Assembly: GCA_018830005.1 (NCBI GenBank)
Contig: JAHJTE010000003.1
Location: 71,674-135,673, forward strand
Direction: 5' to 3'
DNA from: Candidatus Omnitrophota bacterium
Lineage (GTDB): Bacteria > Omnitrophota > Gorgyraeia > JAHJTE01
Length of the DNA: 64,000 nucleotides
In this document: one piece after another, positions 30,721-40,779 of the stretch
Layout: the number at the start of each line of letters is the position of its first letter
Position numbering within the stretch: the stretch's first letter is position 1
Notes under the pieces: model-generated
Told to the model about the DNA's origin: nothing
Databases searched by the model: none
The model's input: the letters and a program-made list of their open reading frames with translations, nothing else
Made by a program: the position numbers and the translations under genes

Positions 30721-31446
30721 TTATAAAATTGAATTCGGCATCTCAAGGCCGTGACTTTCCAGTAAAGATTTGTTTCTAAGAATGTCTCTGGTATTGCCTG
30801 TCGCAACTATCTTTCCCTTATCAAGCAGCGCGAGTCTTGAGCAGATTTGTAATACTAAATCTAAATCGTGCGTCACAATAATTTTTGTAAGCTTTAATTG
30901 TTTAAGAAAATTTATCAAGTTGCGCCTATGCCTTGGGTCTAAATTACTACTTGGCTCATCTAAGACAAGGATTTCTGGCTTCATTGATAATACTGTAGCA
31001 ATAGAAACGCTTTTCTTCTCGCCAAAACTTAAGTGGTGTGATGGACGCTGCATAACCTTAAGCATATCTACTTCCCTTAAGGCCTCCTTCACAGATAATT
31101 CCACTTCATTTTTTGGCAATGCCATATTAATAGGTCCAAAGGCAACGTCATCAAAAACCGTCGGCATAAAAAGCTGATTGTCTGGATCCTGAAAAACCAA
31201 TCCTACTTTTCTCCTAATTTTAGCCAGACTCCTGTCATTTACCTCTAGGCCAAATATTTTGATACGGCTATTTCCTCTTAAAATTCCATTTAAATGGAGT
31301 AAGAGAGTAGATTTGCCTGCACCATTAGGCCCAATAATCCCAACGGCCTCTTCTGTAAAAACATCTAGGCTTATATCAGATAAAGCCTCTGTCCCATCAG
31401 GATAAGAGTAATTCAAATTCTTAATCTCGATTACCTTTTTAGTCAT
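30721..31446 (-). CDS. cbiO: ECF transporter ATPase (CbiO/NikO)
   Basis: GPNGAGKST, FQDPDNQLF, LSFGEKK, LDEP. Confidence 0.9.
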   Translation of the reverse strand: MTKKVIEIKNLNYSYPDGTEALSDISLDVFTEEAVGIIGPNGAGKSTLLLHLNGILRGNSRIKIFGLEVNDRSLAKIRRKVGLVFQDPDNQLFMPTVFDDVAFGPINMALPKNEVELSVKEALREVDMLKVMQRPSHHLSFGEKKSVSIATVLSMKPEILVLDEPSSNLDPRHRRNLINFLKQLKLTKIIVTHDLDLVLQICSRLALLDKGKIVATGNTRDILRNKSLLESHGLEMPNSIL

Positions 31447-31448
31447 TT

Positions 31449-32219
31449 TTAGCTTACTAAAATTCTAATCCCGGTTAATACGCCAATTATAATCAATAAA
31501 AAACAAAAATCTTTTATCTTTAGTTGAAAGTCATCTATTGTCTTTATCTGACCATCAAATCCTCTTGAACACATAGCAAGATATACACCCTCTCCTCTCT
31601 CATAGGTCCTTATAAATAATACACCGATCATGTTGGCAAGAACCTTAGCGTGAAGCCATCTTGAGCCGCCCACAGAACGCGCTTCTTTTGCCTGTCTCAT
31701 TTTCATTAATTCATCCTGAACTACAAAAATATAGCGATACATAAAGGAAAGAATCATAATAAAAACCGCGGGAAGTCTCAATTTCTCAAGAGCCTTTAAA
31801 AGATCTGATAACTTTGTACTAGTTATAAGAAGTATCATAGATAGAATACTCAAATATGCCTTAATCAGAATATTCCAAAAAATCATCAAGCCGTCATAAG
31901 TCACAGTCAACTTTAAAGTGCCAAAAGAATACCCGCCAGCAACTTCACCTTTTTTAAAGAAGGGAATAAAAATAGCGATCATTAGAACAAATGGTATTAT
32001 TACCAGTGACCTTTTCAGAATAAACCTGAGTGGAATTTTTGATAGTAAAATCAAAGCAGCAATAAGTACTCCATATAAGGCAAAAGCAATAAACGACGTC
32101 GGCCTTGTAAAAATTACAAATAAGATAAACGTAACCAGACAGCTAATCTTAACCCTTGGGTCGAGTTTATGTATAAAACTATCTACATTACTGTATTTAT
32201 CAATATATCCGTGCTTCAT
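31449..32219 (-). CDS. cbiQ: ECF T component (CbiQ/NikQ)
   Basis: LDPRVK, YRYIFV, EARS, AMCSRGF. Confidence 0.9.
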   Translation of the reverse strand: MKHGYIDKYSNVDSFIHKLDPRVKISCLVTFILFVIFTRPTSFIAFALYGVLIAALILLSKIPLRFILKRSLVIIPFVLMIAIFIPFFKKGEVAGGYSFGTLKLTVTYDGLMIFWNILIKAYLSILSMILLITSTKLSDLLKALEKLRLPAVFIMILSFMYRYIFVVQDELMKMRQAKEARSVGGSRWLHAKVLANMIGVLFIRTYERGEGVYLAMCSRGFDGQIKTIDDFQLKIKDFCFLLIIIGVLTGIRILVS

Positions 32220-32509
32220 TAAATTTCACGGCACTTAATTAAAGCTGCTAAACCATACCCTATACCAAAAACCAATAAGGTTCCTGCTATGCCAGCGGTC
32301 GAAGTAGCTAACTTTTCACTTTTAAGGTGCGGCCAGACATAATCAGGAATAGGAGATGAAAAAACTGGTTCAACTTCTCCCTTTTCTAAAAATCCTTTAT
32401 CTTCAGCGACTTTTTCCAATCCATCTGGCCAGGATGAAGCAAATGGAGAAAGTGCCACTGCAAAAAAAATAGCCATCATTAAACCAAAAAGGATCTCTTT
32501 CTTATCCAT
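32219..32509 (-). CDS. PDGLE-domain protein (NikN-like)
   Basis: SPFASSWPDGLEKVA...PIPDY; start moved to MDKKE. Confidence 0.88.
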   Translation of the reverse strand: MDKKEILFGLMMAIFFAVALSPFASSWPDGLEKVAEDKGFLEKGEVEPVFSSPIPDYVWPHLKSEKLATSTAGIAGTLLVFGIGYGLAALIKCREI

Positions 32510-32511
32510 AA

Positions 32512-33147
32512 TTATTCCCCTCCCCTGTATATCAAATCTGGTCTTACCTTTAAAACAAAGCCGATAACTAAACAAGTAATTATTGCTTCGCCAATTCCAA
32601 TAAAAACATGTACTCCTAGCATCGCAGGAAGTGCAACCCTCAATGGTGAAGTGCCTGAGATAGCCAACTCAACAGCACATGCGCTTGAAGCAAGAACTAC
32701 GGAAACCCATGCTGCTATACCTGCCCCAATAATAATCCCTTTGTTATCACTGATAATTTTCCTTATTATATTATAGATAAAATATCCCCCAATAGCTCCT
32801 ATAAAAGACATATTGAAGATATTTGCTCCTAACGCCGTTAAACCGCCATCCTGGAAGATAAGGCATTGAGCAGTTAACACTACCGCAATTACAATTGCCC
32901 CTGCATATGGTCCAAGCAAAACCACTGCTAAGACTCCACCTAACAAGTGCCCTGAAGTCCCTCCCATTACAGGGAAATTAAGCATTTGAGCTGCAAAGAT
33001 AAATGCAGCCATTACTCCCATCAAAGGCACCATTCTATCTTTTAAAACTAAGGCTGTCTTTTTTAGACAATAACCAATCCCTCCTACTGAAATTAGCCAG
33101 GCAGGCACCCAAGTATTTACCGCCAAAAATCCGTCTGGTATATGCAT
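32512..33147 (-). CDS. cbiM: ECF S component (CbiM/NikM)
   Basis: N-terminal MHIPDG metal ligand, GTSGHLLGG, DGGLTALGAN. Confidence 0.93.
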   Translation of the reverse strand: MHIPDGFLAVNTWVPAWLISVGGIGYCLKKTALVLKDRMVPLMGVMAAFIFAAQMLNFPVMGGTSGHLLGGVLAVVLLGPYAGAIVIAVVLTAQCLIFQDGGLTALGANIFNMSFIGAIGGYFIYNIIRKIISDNKGIIIGAGIAAWVSVVLASSACAVELAISGTSPLRVALPAMLGVHVFIGIGEAIITCLVIGFVLKVRPDLIYRGGE

Positions 33148-33164
33148 GATTTTATCTCCTTTAT

Positions 33165-34436
33165 TTAAAAATCGACTTGCGTTCTTAATCCCCCAACAAC
33201 AATGGTATTATCTCCATTCGTTGCGTCATCACCATAAGGATTCCAGATTACCTGAATATCCGGGCTTAGAGTTAGGTGGTCATTTGCCTTAAAGCTGTAA
33301 TAGGTCTCAAGATGTCCTTCATCTTTTGCATTCAGACTACCTGCCTTCTTGTAATCATCCGAAGGGATGGCTTGACCGATAGCTACGGCAAACATGTCTT
33401 CGTCTCTACCCCATAGGCTCCCACTTAGTTGTAAACCTGTACTCCAAGAGTGCTCTAAGGAAAAATCATCATCTAATCCATTTAGGCGCTGTTTGGGATC
33501 TTGCCAGCCGTACCTTAGAAAAGCCCCCAGATTATCAGTTAGCTCTTGATCAAAGCTTAAGCCAAAACCACAGGCCTCTTCTTTGGTCTTTGCAGAATCA
33601 GACCATTTAGCATGTTCTCTGTCATTGAGCCACCCTAGAATACGATAGTTTCCAGGCCTGTCAAATAGGTTTGGTTTAAAATTAACCTGAACAGCATAAA
33701 AGATATTATCAAACATATCCTCCCAGTCAGAATCTGCATCCACTAGCACTAACTCTACATCAACAAAATCAGCTGGCACAATGTTAAGGCGAATACCTGC
33801 AGCATTATCAGCGAATTCAACAGTAGGTGAATTCCTGAAGATTCGTCCTAAGAATTGAGAGCCTTCATCATTAGCATATTCATTGGTATCAATAAAACAA
33901 GTTGCATCAATCTTTCCAAAGGTCAAGGTTAAAGGCAAACTCCTTAGATAATGCTCATACCATACTTCAGTTAATCTCATATTTTCATCGTTATCTGCAT
34001 CACGGTTAACATTGCTGAATATCTTTAATTCATCCTCAACACCTGCGCCACCGCCAGTCTCAAAATGGATATATCCCTTACCATAATCTTCAAATTCCTT
34101 CTCCAATTCCAAATCTATGGAATATGAGGCATCGGTTGTGTCTTGCCCGTTCTTGGATAAACTATCCCCGTTGGCCTTGGATGTGCCCTGAACAACAAAG
34201 GTAGCTCCTGCGCCAATCGTAAGCCCATCGAACGCCTCCTTAATTTTTGCCAAAGTTTCCTGAGATTCTACCTGTTCGCCAATTCTTTCCTCTTGTTCAA
34301 CCAATTTACTTTCTAAGTTTATAATTCTTGCCTTTAAATCTACAATTTCATCTTGAATACTTTGTGCAAAAGTAACATTGCAGGAAAAGAAAAATAAACC
34401 AACCAAAGCCAACCCTTGAAGCACTATTTTAAACAT
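33165..34436 (-). CDS. OprB-like outer-membrane porin with N-terminal coiled coil
   Basis: Signal peptide, FGKID..NEYANDE..QF, ETYYSF...LSPDIQVIWNP, terminal Phe. Confidence 0.82.
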   Translation of the reverse strand: MFKIVLQGLALVGLFFFSCNVTFAQSIQDEIVDLKARIINLESKLVEQEERIGEQVESQETLAKIKEAFDGLTIGAGATFVVQGTSKANGDSLSKNGQDTTDASYSIDLELEKEFEDYGKGYIHFETGGGAGVEDELKIFSNVNRDADNDENMRLTEVWYEHYLRSLPLTLTFGKIDATCFIDTNEYANDEGSQFLGRIFRNSPTVEFADNAAGIRLNIVPADFVDVELVLVDADSDWEDMFDNIFYAVQVNFKPNLFDRPGNYRILGWLNDREHAKWSDSAKTKEEACGFGLSFDQELTDNLGAFLRYGWQDPKQRLNGLDDDFSLEHSWSTGLQLSGSLWGRDEDMFAVAIGQAIPSDDYKKAGSLNAKDEGHLETYYSFKANDHLTLSPDIQVIWNPYGDDATNGDNTIVVGGLRTQVDF

Positions 34437-34529
34437 AGCCCCAATCCTCCTTATTTTTGTGCTTCCTCTGGTTGTCCAGTCGGTATCGCAAATAGTATAC
34501 CTTTAGCTCTGTTGATACAGTAGCTTCTC

Positions 34530-34676
34530 TTAATTAAAACGTTTTTTCTCTTTTTTTTCAATCTGGACAATTTCTGAATTATGTATCGCGATCACCACCT
34601 CACCATAGTTTATTTCATGGATAGCTTTTACAATTTCTTTCATTATGTTATTCTCTATATCTTTCTTTTGATTCAT
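34530..34676 (-). CDS. YezD/DUF2292 small protein (48 aa, not in the ORF track)
   Basis: MNQKKDIENNIMKEIVKAIHEINYGEVVIAIHNSEIVQIEKKEKKRFN matches the YGxVxIxIHxxxIVQIExxEKxR pattern. Confidence 0.85.
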   Translation of the reverse strand: MNQKKDIENNIMKEIVKAIHEINYGEVVIAIHNSEIVQIEKKEKKRFN

Positions 34677-34698
34677 ATCTTTTAGTTTGATTATACTA

Positions 34699-34725
34699 TT
34701 GCTACTTTTTAATAATTCGTGCTAC
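34699..34725. promoter_or_regulatory. Candidate NikR operator upstream of the yezD-porin-nikMNQO genes
   Basis: ttgctac-N13-gtgctac, next to a TATAAT on the minus strand (34690-34695); same spacing as the site upstream of nikR. Confidence 0.65.
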
Positions 34726-34752
34726 TATTAGTTAAAAAAATAATACTAGCTA

Positions 34753-35166
34753 CTAAATCCCCTTGCCAGCACTTGACATACTCAGTGTACCATGTTTTAC
34801 GCCTTTTACTGATTTCAAGGTATCAGCTAATTCTTGGGCTTCTCTAGGACTTCCCTTTACAGCAATTATCTCTAAACAGTTATCATGATCTAAATGTATA
34901 TGTTGAGTAGAAATGATTAGCTTTTGAAAATCATGCTGAATATCTGTAAGCTTATTAATCAGCTCTCTTTTATGGTGGTCATAAATAAGAGTGATCGCAC
35001 CAGCAATTTCTTTGCCACCTTGCCACTCCTGCTTTATTAATTCCTGTCGAATTAGATCCCTGATAGCCTCAGAGCGGTTAGTGTAGCCTTTGCGCTTAAT
35101 TTCTTTATCAAAATCAAGCAGCAGAGGTTCTTCCATTGCTATACCAAATCTAACTAACTTTTTCAT
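34753..35166 (-). CDS. nikR: Nickel-responsive regulator NikR
   Basis: LVRFGI, NRSEAIRDLIR, YDHH, QHIHLDHDNCLE; start at MKKLVRF. Confidence 0.95.
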   Translation of the reverse strand: MKKLVRFGIAMEEPLLLDFDKEIKRKGYTNRSEAIRDLIRQELIKQEWQGGKEIAGAITLIYDHHKRELINKLTDIQHDFQKLIISTQHIHLDHDNCLEIIAVKGSPREAQELADTLKSVKGVKHGTLSMSSAGKGI

Positions 35167-35174
35167 ATTTGTCA

Positions 35175-35201
35175 GTGTTATGTTTTTTATAAAGATAACA
35201 C
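35175..35201. promoter_or_regulatory. NikR operator (autoregulation)
   Basis: Perfect gtgttat-N13-ataacac inverted repeat between a TTGACA on the minus strand (about 35215) and the nikR start. Confidence 0.8.
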
Positions 35202-35300
35202 GAGGTAAGCTTCTTGTCAAGTCTTTTTATGGACAAAAACCCTGCTTTAAAAAGGCTGGAAAACTAACAAAAGAGTTGATCTTTATAATAAATCAGAAGA

Positions 35301-35975
35301 TTAAAAGGAGAACTTCAATTTTGTTCCCAATACATGGTAGTCATCCCACTCATCGTTCTTTTCGCTACTCTGCCAAAGATAAAAAATATCTGTTTTTAGG
35401 TTCGTAAATAATTTAAGATTGAAACCCGTATAGAGCCTATTTCTGTTTAGGGTTTCTTTATCAAAGTCATAAAATATTTCATCCGCTATATAGGGCTCAA
35501 GCTCAAGCCTTGTTAGTTTAATTGGTACTTTTAGCGTGAATTTATTCCTATATCTCCAATAGTTATCTGCTTCTTCTCTATTCTTATATTCTAACCTTGC
35601 TCTATTGCTGAGTGAAAAATCTAACAATTTCCATTTAACTGTGGCATTAAAATGCGGTATATTCTCATATCGCCAGATGCTGCTTTTTTCTTCAAATGCC
35701 TGCCTATAATTAATGCCCAAATCTAACCATTCAACCACTCCTGAATAAACAAATCCTAAATCTGAATGCTGGTAATAAAAATTACTTGCATCATCGCCAT
35801 AACGAAATTCTACCTCAAATTGCCCTTTCCAATCATCATTGATTTTCCAAGAGGCGCTCTCTGTGTTCCAGTATTGAAAATCACCATCATCAAAAGCAAA
35901 GCATAATTTATAAGCAAATAAAACTAAAAAGCCACAAATTCCTATAATAGATCCTACGCCTCTATTCATCTTCAT
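35301..35975 (-). CDS. DUF2490 outer-membrane beta-barrel protein
   Basis: DFQYWN, RYRNK, PYIADEIF, RNRLYTG, terminal Phe; start codon uncertain. Confidence 0.8.
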   Translation of the reverse strand: MKMNRGVGSIIGICGFLVLFAYKLCFAFDDGDFQYWNTESASWKINDDWKGQFEVEFRYGDDASNFYYQHSDLGFVYSGVVEWLDLGINYRQAFEEKSSIWRYENIPHFNATVKWKLLDFSLSNRARLEYKNREEADNYWRYRNKFTLKVPIKLTRLELEPYIADEIFYDFDKETLNRNRLYTGFNLKLFTNLKTDIFYLWQSSEKNDEWDDYHVLGTKLKFSF

Positions 35976-36006
35976 CCTCAACTATAAAAATCTTCTCCTT
36001 TGCCAT
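35962..36006 (-). pseudogene. 14-codon remnant resembling a response-regulator N-terminus
   Basis: AAGGAG RBS followed by MAKEKIFIVEDEDE-stop (receiver beta1 plus acidic pocket). Confidence 0.55.
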
Positions 36007-36072
36007 AATTACTCCTTTAATTATTGCGCAAACCTGAGGAGTCTAAATGTCGTTTATTTACTATTCTACTGC

Positions 36073-36111
36073 AAAAAAACCCTATACAATCTTTTTAGAC
36101 GCTATAGGGTT
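36073..36111 (-). terminator. Terminator after pckG
   Basis: aaccctata...tatagggtt with an adjacent A-run. Confidence 0.7.
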
Positions 36112-36155
36112 GACATAATTATACAAATAAATACTTATCTGCTAACTAAAGGTTT

Positions 36156-38042
36156 CTAATTATTTTTTAACTTCTCTGGTGAAATATAATCCCCAAACTG
36201 CTTACGTGCTTTAAGTAGGCGTTCGCGCTGCTGTCCTAACACTTCAAAGAGTAGATCTGGCGTATCAGTGACATTATCTCTGTAAAACTTCTCTACCCGA
36301 TCAAGCTTAGCTATATTCTCAGGGATACGAATAGTAAATTGCTTGATATAATCTTCCTTTGCGTAATCCTTTTTCAAGACTTGGGAAAAAAGCGCCCGCA
36401 GATCATCATATTCAGGAATCCAACCAGTAGGACATTGTATCGCGCCAACTTCATTATGTATACGCAGTTCCATCCACTTCACCCACACATGCTTATCACG
36501 AACAGCATTTAAGAATTTACCTTCTTCATCTCGAAGAAAGTAGTTAACGCCGAAAACAATGGGTGCTACTTTGAGCTTTTTCCCAAACTCTAAGTTATTA
36601 AGTATATACTTACCTAAAGGAATAGAGACAAAATCCTGGATGCTCATCAAGTTTATTTCAGGCACACCTTCTTTACCAATAGTTGCAAAGGTTGTTTCAG
36701 TCTCGAGCGAGGCGCCGTAAGCGATAATACCATGCTCCCAATTATAGCTCTGCTGCACCGGCACATAGCCTTTAGCATCTCTTCCACCGTACATTATACC
36801 AGCTAATTCTACCCCATTTGGATTATTCAACTCAGGATCAACATTCTCGAGAACCTCTAACCTAACAGCGTAGCGGGCATTTTTATGAGCTGCGGGGATT
36901 TTATTGCCTTCTTCATCAACCTTGCCTTCATGCCAGGCACCTGAAAAATTCACTCCTTCCTTAGGAAGCTCACAATGCATTCCTAACCAATAGGGTCTAG
37001 CGTTATTTACCAAAATGTTAGAAAATATAATTTCACCCGGACTGCTTAAGGTTTTATAAATCACAGGGTCATCAGTAGGGTTGATATTCTGAATAATGCC
37101 AAAAATTCCCGATTCGGCATTCACTGCCCTCGCCTTACCATCGATATTGCGAAAGTATGCAATATCATCGCCTACTACTGTTTCTCCAGGAAGCATAGCT
37201 GTAGAAGTTTTTCCGCAGGCGCTGGGAAAAGCTCCTGCTAAATAGGTTTTTCGTCCCTTGGGTCCATGTACTCCCACTAACAACATATGCTCAGCAAGCC
37301 ATCCCTCTCTATCAGCCTTGCGAATGGTAAGACGAAGTGCAAGCTTCTTTAAACCAATGGTGTTACCGGCATACTGACTATTAACGCTATAGATAGTATC
37401 CTGCGTGTAATCGACATAAATACGCTTCTTATCTAAGTCTACACTTACCATATGCTTATTCATTTTGCCTACTGAATGCAAAATACAGAAAAGTTCAGAC
37501 TGACTTACTCCTTGCTTAAACATTTCATATGCTGGCCGATAAAGAAGATCCTTACTGTGAGCCACGTACCAAGAATCCGTACACTGCACACAAGGAATGC
37601 TAAAGATAGAATTGGTTGGCCCTAATGAAAGGAAGCGCACAATCATGCTGCGACCCTGCATAGAGCCTTTAAGTAGTTCCTTTACCTCTTTTAATCCCTC
37701 TTCTCGCCCAATCTTATTCAAGGCCTTGCTTAAGGTATCAGTTTTAGGCACAAGATACTTTGTAGCTTTTCTATCCCGGCCCTGATCCTTGATGCCGTCA
37801 AAGTGATAAGTGTGTCCTGGAATCGCCAACGGCTTTTCCTCACCCTTTGAAACTGCCTGCTTACGCACATGAGAGATATCTTCTTTAGAGTCGCTACAGA
37901 CAAATATATCTTTCGGATTACAAAGCTGGGCGCATTCAAAAACAAACTGATGAACTTTAGGATTTGCTATCGCGCACAACTTCTGATAGTTAGCCTTATC
38001 CAGCTTGGATTTTAATTCTTCACTAAAACTACTCGACTTCAT
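36156..38042 (-). CDS. pckG: GTP-dependent phosphoenolpyruvate carboxykinase
   Basis: YAGNTIGLKKLALR, WLAEHM, AFPSACGKTS, VGDDIA, HKNARY. Confidence 0.95.
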   Translation of the reverse strand: MKSSSFSEELKSKLDKANYQKLCAIANPKVHQFVFECAQLCNPKDIFVCSDSKEDISHVRKQAVSKGEEKPLAIPGHTYHFDGIKDQGRDRKATKYLVPKTDTLSKALNKIGREEGLKEVKELLKGSMQGRSMIVRFLSLGPTNSIFSIPCVQCTDSWYVAHSKDLLYRPAYEMFKQGVSQSELFCILHSVGKMNKHMVSVDLDKKRIYVDYTQDTIYSVNSQYAGNTIGLKKLALRLTIRKADREGWLAEHMLLVGVHGPKGRKTYLAGAFPSACGKTSTAMLPGETVVGDDIAYFRNIDGKARAVNAESGIFGIIQNINPTDDPVIYKTLSSPGEIIFSNILVNNARPYWLGMHCELPKEGVNFSGAWHEGKVDEEGNKIPAAHKNARYAVRLEVLENVDPELNNPNGVELAGIMYGGRDAKGYVPVQQSYNWEHGIIAYGASLETETTFATIGKEGVPEINLMSIQDFVSIPLGKYILNNLEFGKKLKVAPIVFGVNYFLRDEEGKFLNAVRDKHVWVKWMELRIHNEVGAIQCPTGWIPEYDDLRALFSQVLKKDYAKEDYIKQFTIRIPENIAKLDRVEKFYRDNVTDTPDLLFEVLGQQRERLLKARKQFGDYISPEKLKNN

Positions 38043-38111
38043 ATATATCTCCCTAAAATTAACGCCACATCGGGTGAGGTGAATTTAACTTTCAATTATA
38101 CACTTAAAAAC

Positions 38112-38140
38112 AAAAAGCCTCAAGATAAAACTTGAGGCTC
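38112..38140 (-). terminator. Terminator after glgA
   Basis: agcctcaag...cttgaggct with an adjacent A-run. Confidence 0.75.
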
Positions 38141-38172
38141 ATCCCGTAGCTAAAAAGGGGGCAGCTAAGAAC

Positions 38173-39636
38173 CTAATGTCTCTTGGCTATTTGCGTATAA
38201 AGCCTAATATATTCTTTGGCAGACTTCTCCCAAGAAAAATCAAAACCCATTGCCCTTTTAAGCAGTTTAATCCATTCTTTTTTATTAGAATAAACAGAAA
38301 TGGCTCTTTTTAAAGCATTAATAAAATCATCAGTATTGGCCTGATTGAATTTAAAACCATTACCTGAGACAGGATCCTGCGAATAATCAATAATGGTATC
38401 ATCAAGACCGCCAACCGCCCTTACCACAGGTATAGTGCCGTATCTCAAACTATACATCTGATTTAAGCCGCACGGCTCGTAACGTGAAGGCATAAGAAAC
38501 ATATCAGAACCTGCCTCAATTTTGTGGGCCAGGGCGTTATCAAAAGTAATTTTTATGCCTATATTCTTTGGGTATTTCCTAGCCAATTCTCTCAATAGCT
38601 TATGATATTTCTCATCACCGGTCCCCAAGATTACTACATTAGCGCCGAGTTTTATAATTTGAGCCATAGCAGCACAAACTATATCTATACCTTTTTGTTC
38701 AGCTAGCCTGCTTATTATTCCTAATAAAGGAGCGTCTAAAGATGCCTTTAGTTTCATTTGGCTCAATAAGTCCTTCTTGCACATAAGCTTTTTGTCTAAA
38801 GTAGTTATATCATATCTAGTTTTAATAAACTTATCCAACTTTGGATTCCAATCAGAATAGTCCACTCCATTCAATATTCCATAAAGGGCGTCTTTGCGTA
38901 GATTAAGAAGGCCCTCTAATCCACAGCCGAATTCTTTGGTTAAAATCTCACGTGCATATCCTTTGCTTACCGTGCTAATTGCATCAGAATAAAGTATGCC
39001 TGCCTTTATAAAGCTGCCTCTGCCGTAAAATTCAAGAGACTCAGGGGTAAAAAATTCATAACCAATGCCTATTTCTGGCATTATCTCTTTTTCGAAAAGC
39101 CCCTGATAGGCTAAATTATGTATAGTGAAAAGTGTTCCTGAATTCTTAAAAAGCTCAGTATTTTCTCCTGCGTATTTCAAATAAAAGGGGGTTAATGCTG
39201 TCTGCCAATCATTACAATGAATAACGTCTGGCCTGAAACCAATAGCAGCAATAGAAGTCAGGACCGACTTAGCAAAAAAGGCAAAACGATGGGCATTATC
39301 CGGATAATCCTGGACCGAGGTGCCGTAGAGAAAATCCCTATCAAAAAACTCAGGTCTATCTATAAAAAAGAAATCACATTTTTCTCTCTTGCATTGATAA
39401 AGAGAAAAATAAATATCCACATTGCCTACCCTTGTCTTTAAATCTTTCTTTACCAGTCTTATTTCGAAGTCCTTGCCTTTAACCTTTGTCTGGCGGTAAT
39501 ACGGCAAAAATACTGCCACATTGCAACCTAAAGATTTAAGCTCTATAGGCAAAATACCAGTTACGTCGGCTAAGCCGCCTGTTTTAGCAAAAGGGGTGAC
39601 TTCTGAAGAGAGCAACAGAATTTTTAAATTTTTCAT
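38173..39636 (-). CDS. glgA: Glycogen synthase (GT5)
   Basis: KTGGLADV, HCNDWQT, TIHNLAYQG, PSRYEPCGLNQ. Confidence 0.95.
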   Translation of the reverse strand: MKNLKILLLSSEVTPFAKTGGLADVTGILPIELKSLGCNVAVFLPYYRQTKVKGKDFEIRLVKKDLKTRVGNVDIYFSLYQCKREKCDFFFIDRPEFFDRDFLYGTSVQDYPDNAHRFAFFAKSVLTSIAAIGFRPDVIHCNDWQTALTPFYLKYAGENTELFKNSGTLFTIHNLAYQGLFEKEIMPEIGIGYEFFTPESLEFYGRGSFIKAGILYSDAISTVSKGYAREILTKEFGCGLEGLLNLRKDALYGILNGVDYSDWNPKLDKFIKTRYDITTLDKKLMCKKDLLSQMKLKASLDAPLLGIISRLAEQKGIDIVCAAMAQIIKLGANVVILGTGDEKYHKLLRELARKYPKNIGIKITFDNALAHKIEAGSDMFLMPSRYEPCGLNQMYSLRYGTIPVVRAVGGLDDTIIDYSQDPVSGNGFKFNQANTDDFINALKRAISVYSNKKEWIKLLKRAMGFDFSWEKSAKEYIRLYTQIAKRH

Positions 39637-39638
39637 TT

Positions 39639-40670
39639 TTAGACTTGGGCTTCTTTCAAGTATTTAGCTGCTAACTCTGGCGAGACTGGATTAATATAAA
39701 AACCGCTTCCCCATTCAAATCCCGCTACCTTAGTAAGCTTGGGGAAAAGCTCTATATGCCAATGATAATCCTGTTCGATTGTCTGCCAATAGCCAGTACG
39801 AGAGAAACGATTTGGCGAGGCATGAATTATGTAATTATATTCAGGATCATTTAATACTTTATTATATCTGGCCAGAATTACCTTTAAGATGTCCGCCAGA
39901 GACCTTATGTCCTGCTTTATCTTTGGATCATAGAAATCAATGCTGTGCTCTTTGGGCATTATACAAACCTCGAATGGAAAACGCGAGGCATAAGGACAAA
40001 AGCTTATAAATGCGTCATTCTCGTAGATTATCCTTTCCCCCCAGGACTTCTCCTGCTCCATTAAATCGCAGAAAATACAGCGTTCCTTCATCTTAAAATA
40101 TAAATTCGCGCCCTTTAATTCTTCCTTCACTCTTTTGGGGGTAATCGGAAGGGCTATAATCTGATGATGCGGATGCGCCAAAGAGGCTCCGGCATTGCTT
40201 CCTTTATTTTTAAAAACCAGGATGTAACGAAACCTGTGGTCTTTATGCAAATCTTCGATTCTATATTGAAGCACGCTTATGACATCCACAATCTCATCAA
40301 TTGACTGATCTTTTATTTCTTTATGGTGGTCTGTATTTTCAATAACCACTTCGTGTGCTCCGAAATTAGTCATCATGTCATGAAGTCCGAATCCTTTTTT
40401 CTCAATGGGGATATCAATGCTTAAGGCTGGAAACTTATTCGGCACCACTCTTATGCGCCAGCCTGGCTCATCGGGCTTTGTGTTGGGATCGCGTAAGCTA
40501 TAAATTTCAGGCGGGGTTATCTTTTCCTTACCAACGCAAAAAGGGCATTTCTCAATATTATCCGGAGGGCTTTCTTTTTTCTCGCTGACAAAAGCGTCAG
40601 GCCGCTTATTTCTCTCTGTGGCAATAATTACCCATCTACCCAAAACCGGATCTTTTCTAAGTTCTCCCAT
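39639..40670 (-). CDS. galT: GalT-like hexose-1-phosphate nucleotidyltransferase
   Basis: ELRKDP, CPFC, PNKFPAL, GASLAHPHHQ (HxHxQ), AGFEWGSG. Confidence 0.85.
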   Translation of the reverse strand: MGELRKDPVLGRWVIIATERNKRPDAFVSEKKESPPDNIEKCPFCVGKEKITPPEIYSLRDPNTKPDEPGWRIRVVPNKFPALSIDIPIEKKGFGLHDMMTNFGAHEVVIENTDHHKEIKDQSIDEIVDVISVLQYRIEDLHKDHRFRYILVFKNKGSNAGASLAHPHHQIIALPITPKRVKEELKGANLYFKMKERCIFCDLMEQEKSWGERIIYENDAFISFCPYASRFPFEVCIMPKEHSIDFYDPKIKQDIRSLADILKVILARYNKVLNDPEYNYIIHASPNRFSRTGYWQTIEQDYHWHIELFPKLTKVAGFEWGSGFYINPVSPELAAKYLKEAQV

Positions 40671-40779
40671 ATGCCCTCTCTTTCAACAATATGACTTAAC
40701 TTATAGCCGAATAAAACAAAATTTAAAAAATAATTAACTATGCGATTATATCAAAATTCCCCACAAAGTCAATAAGTTG

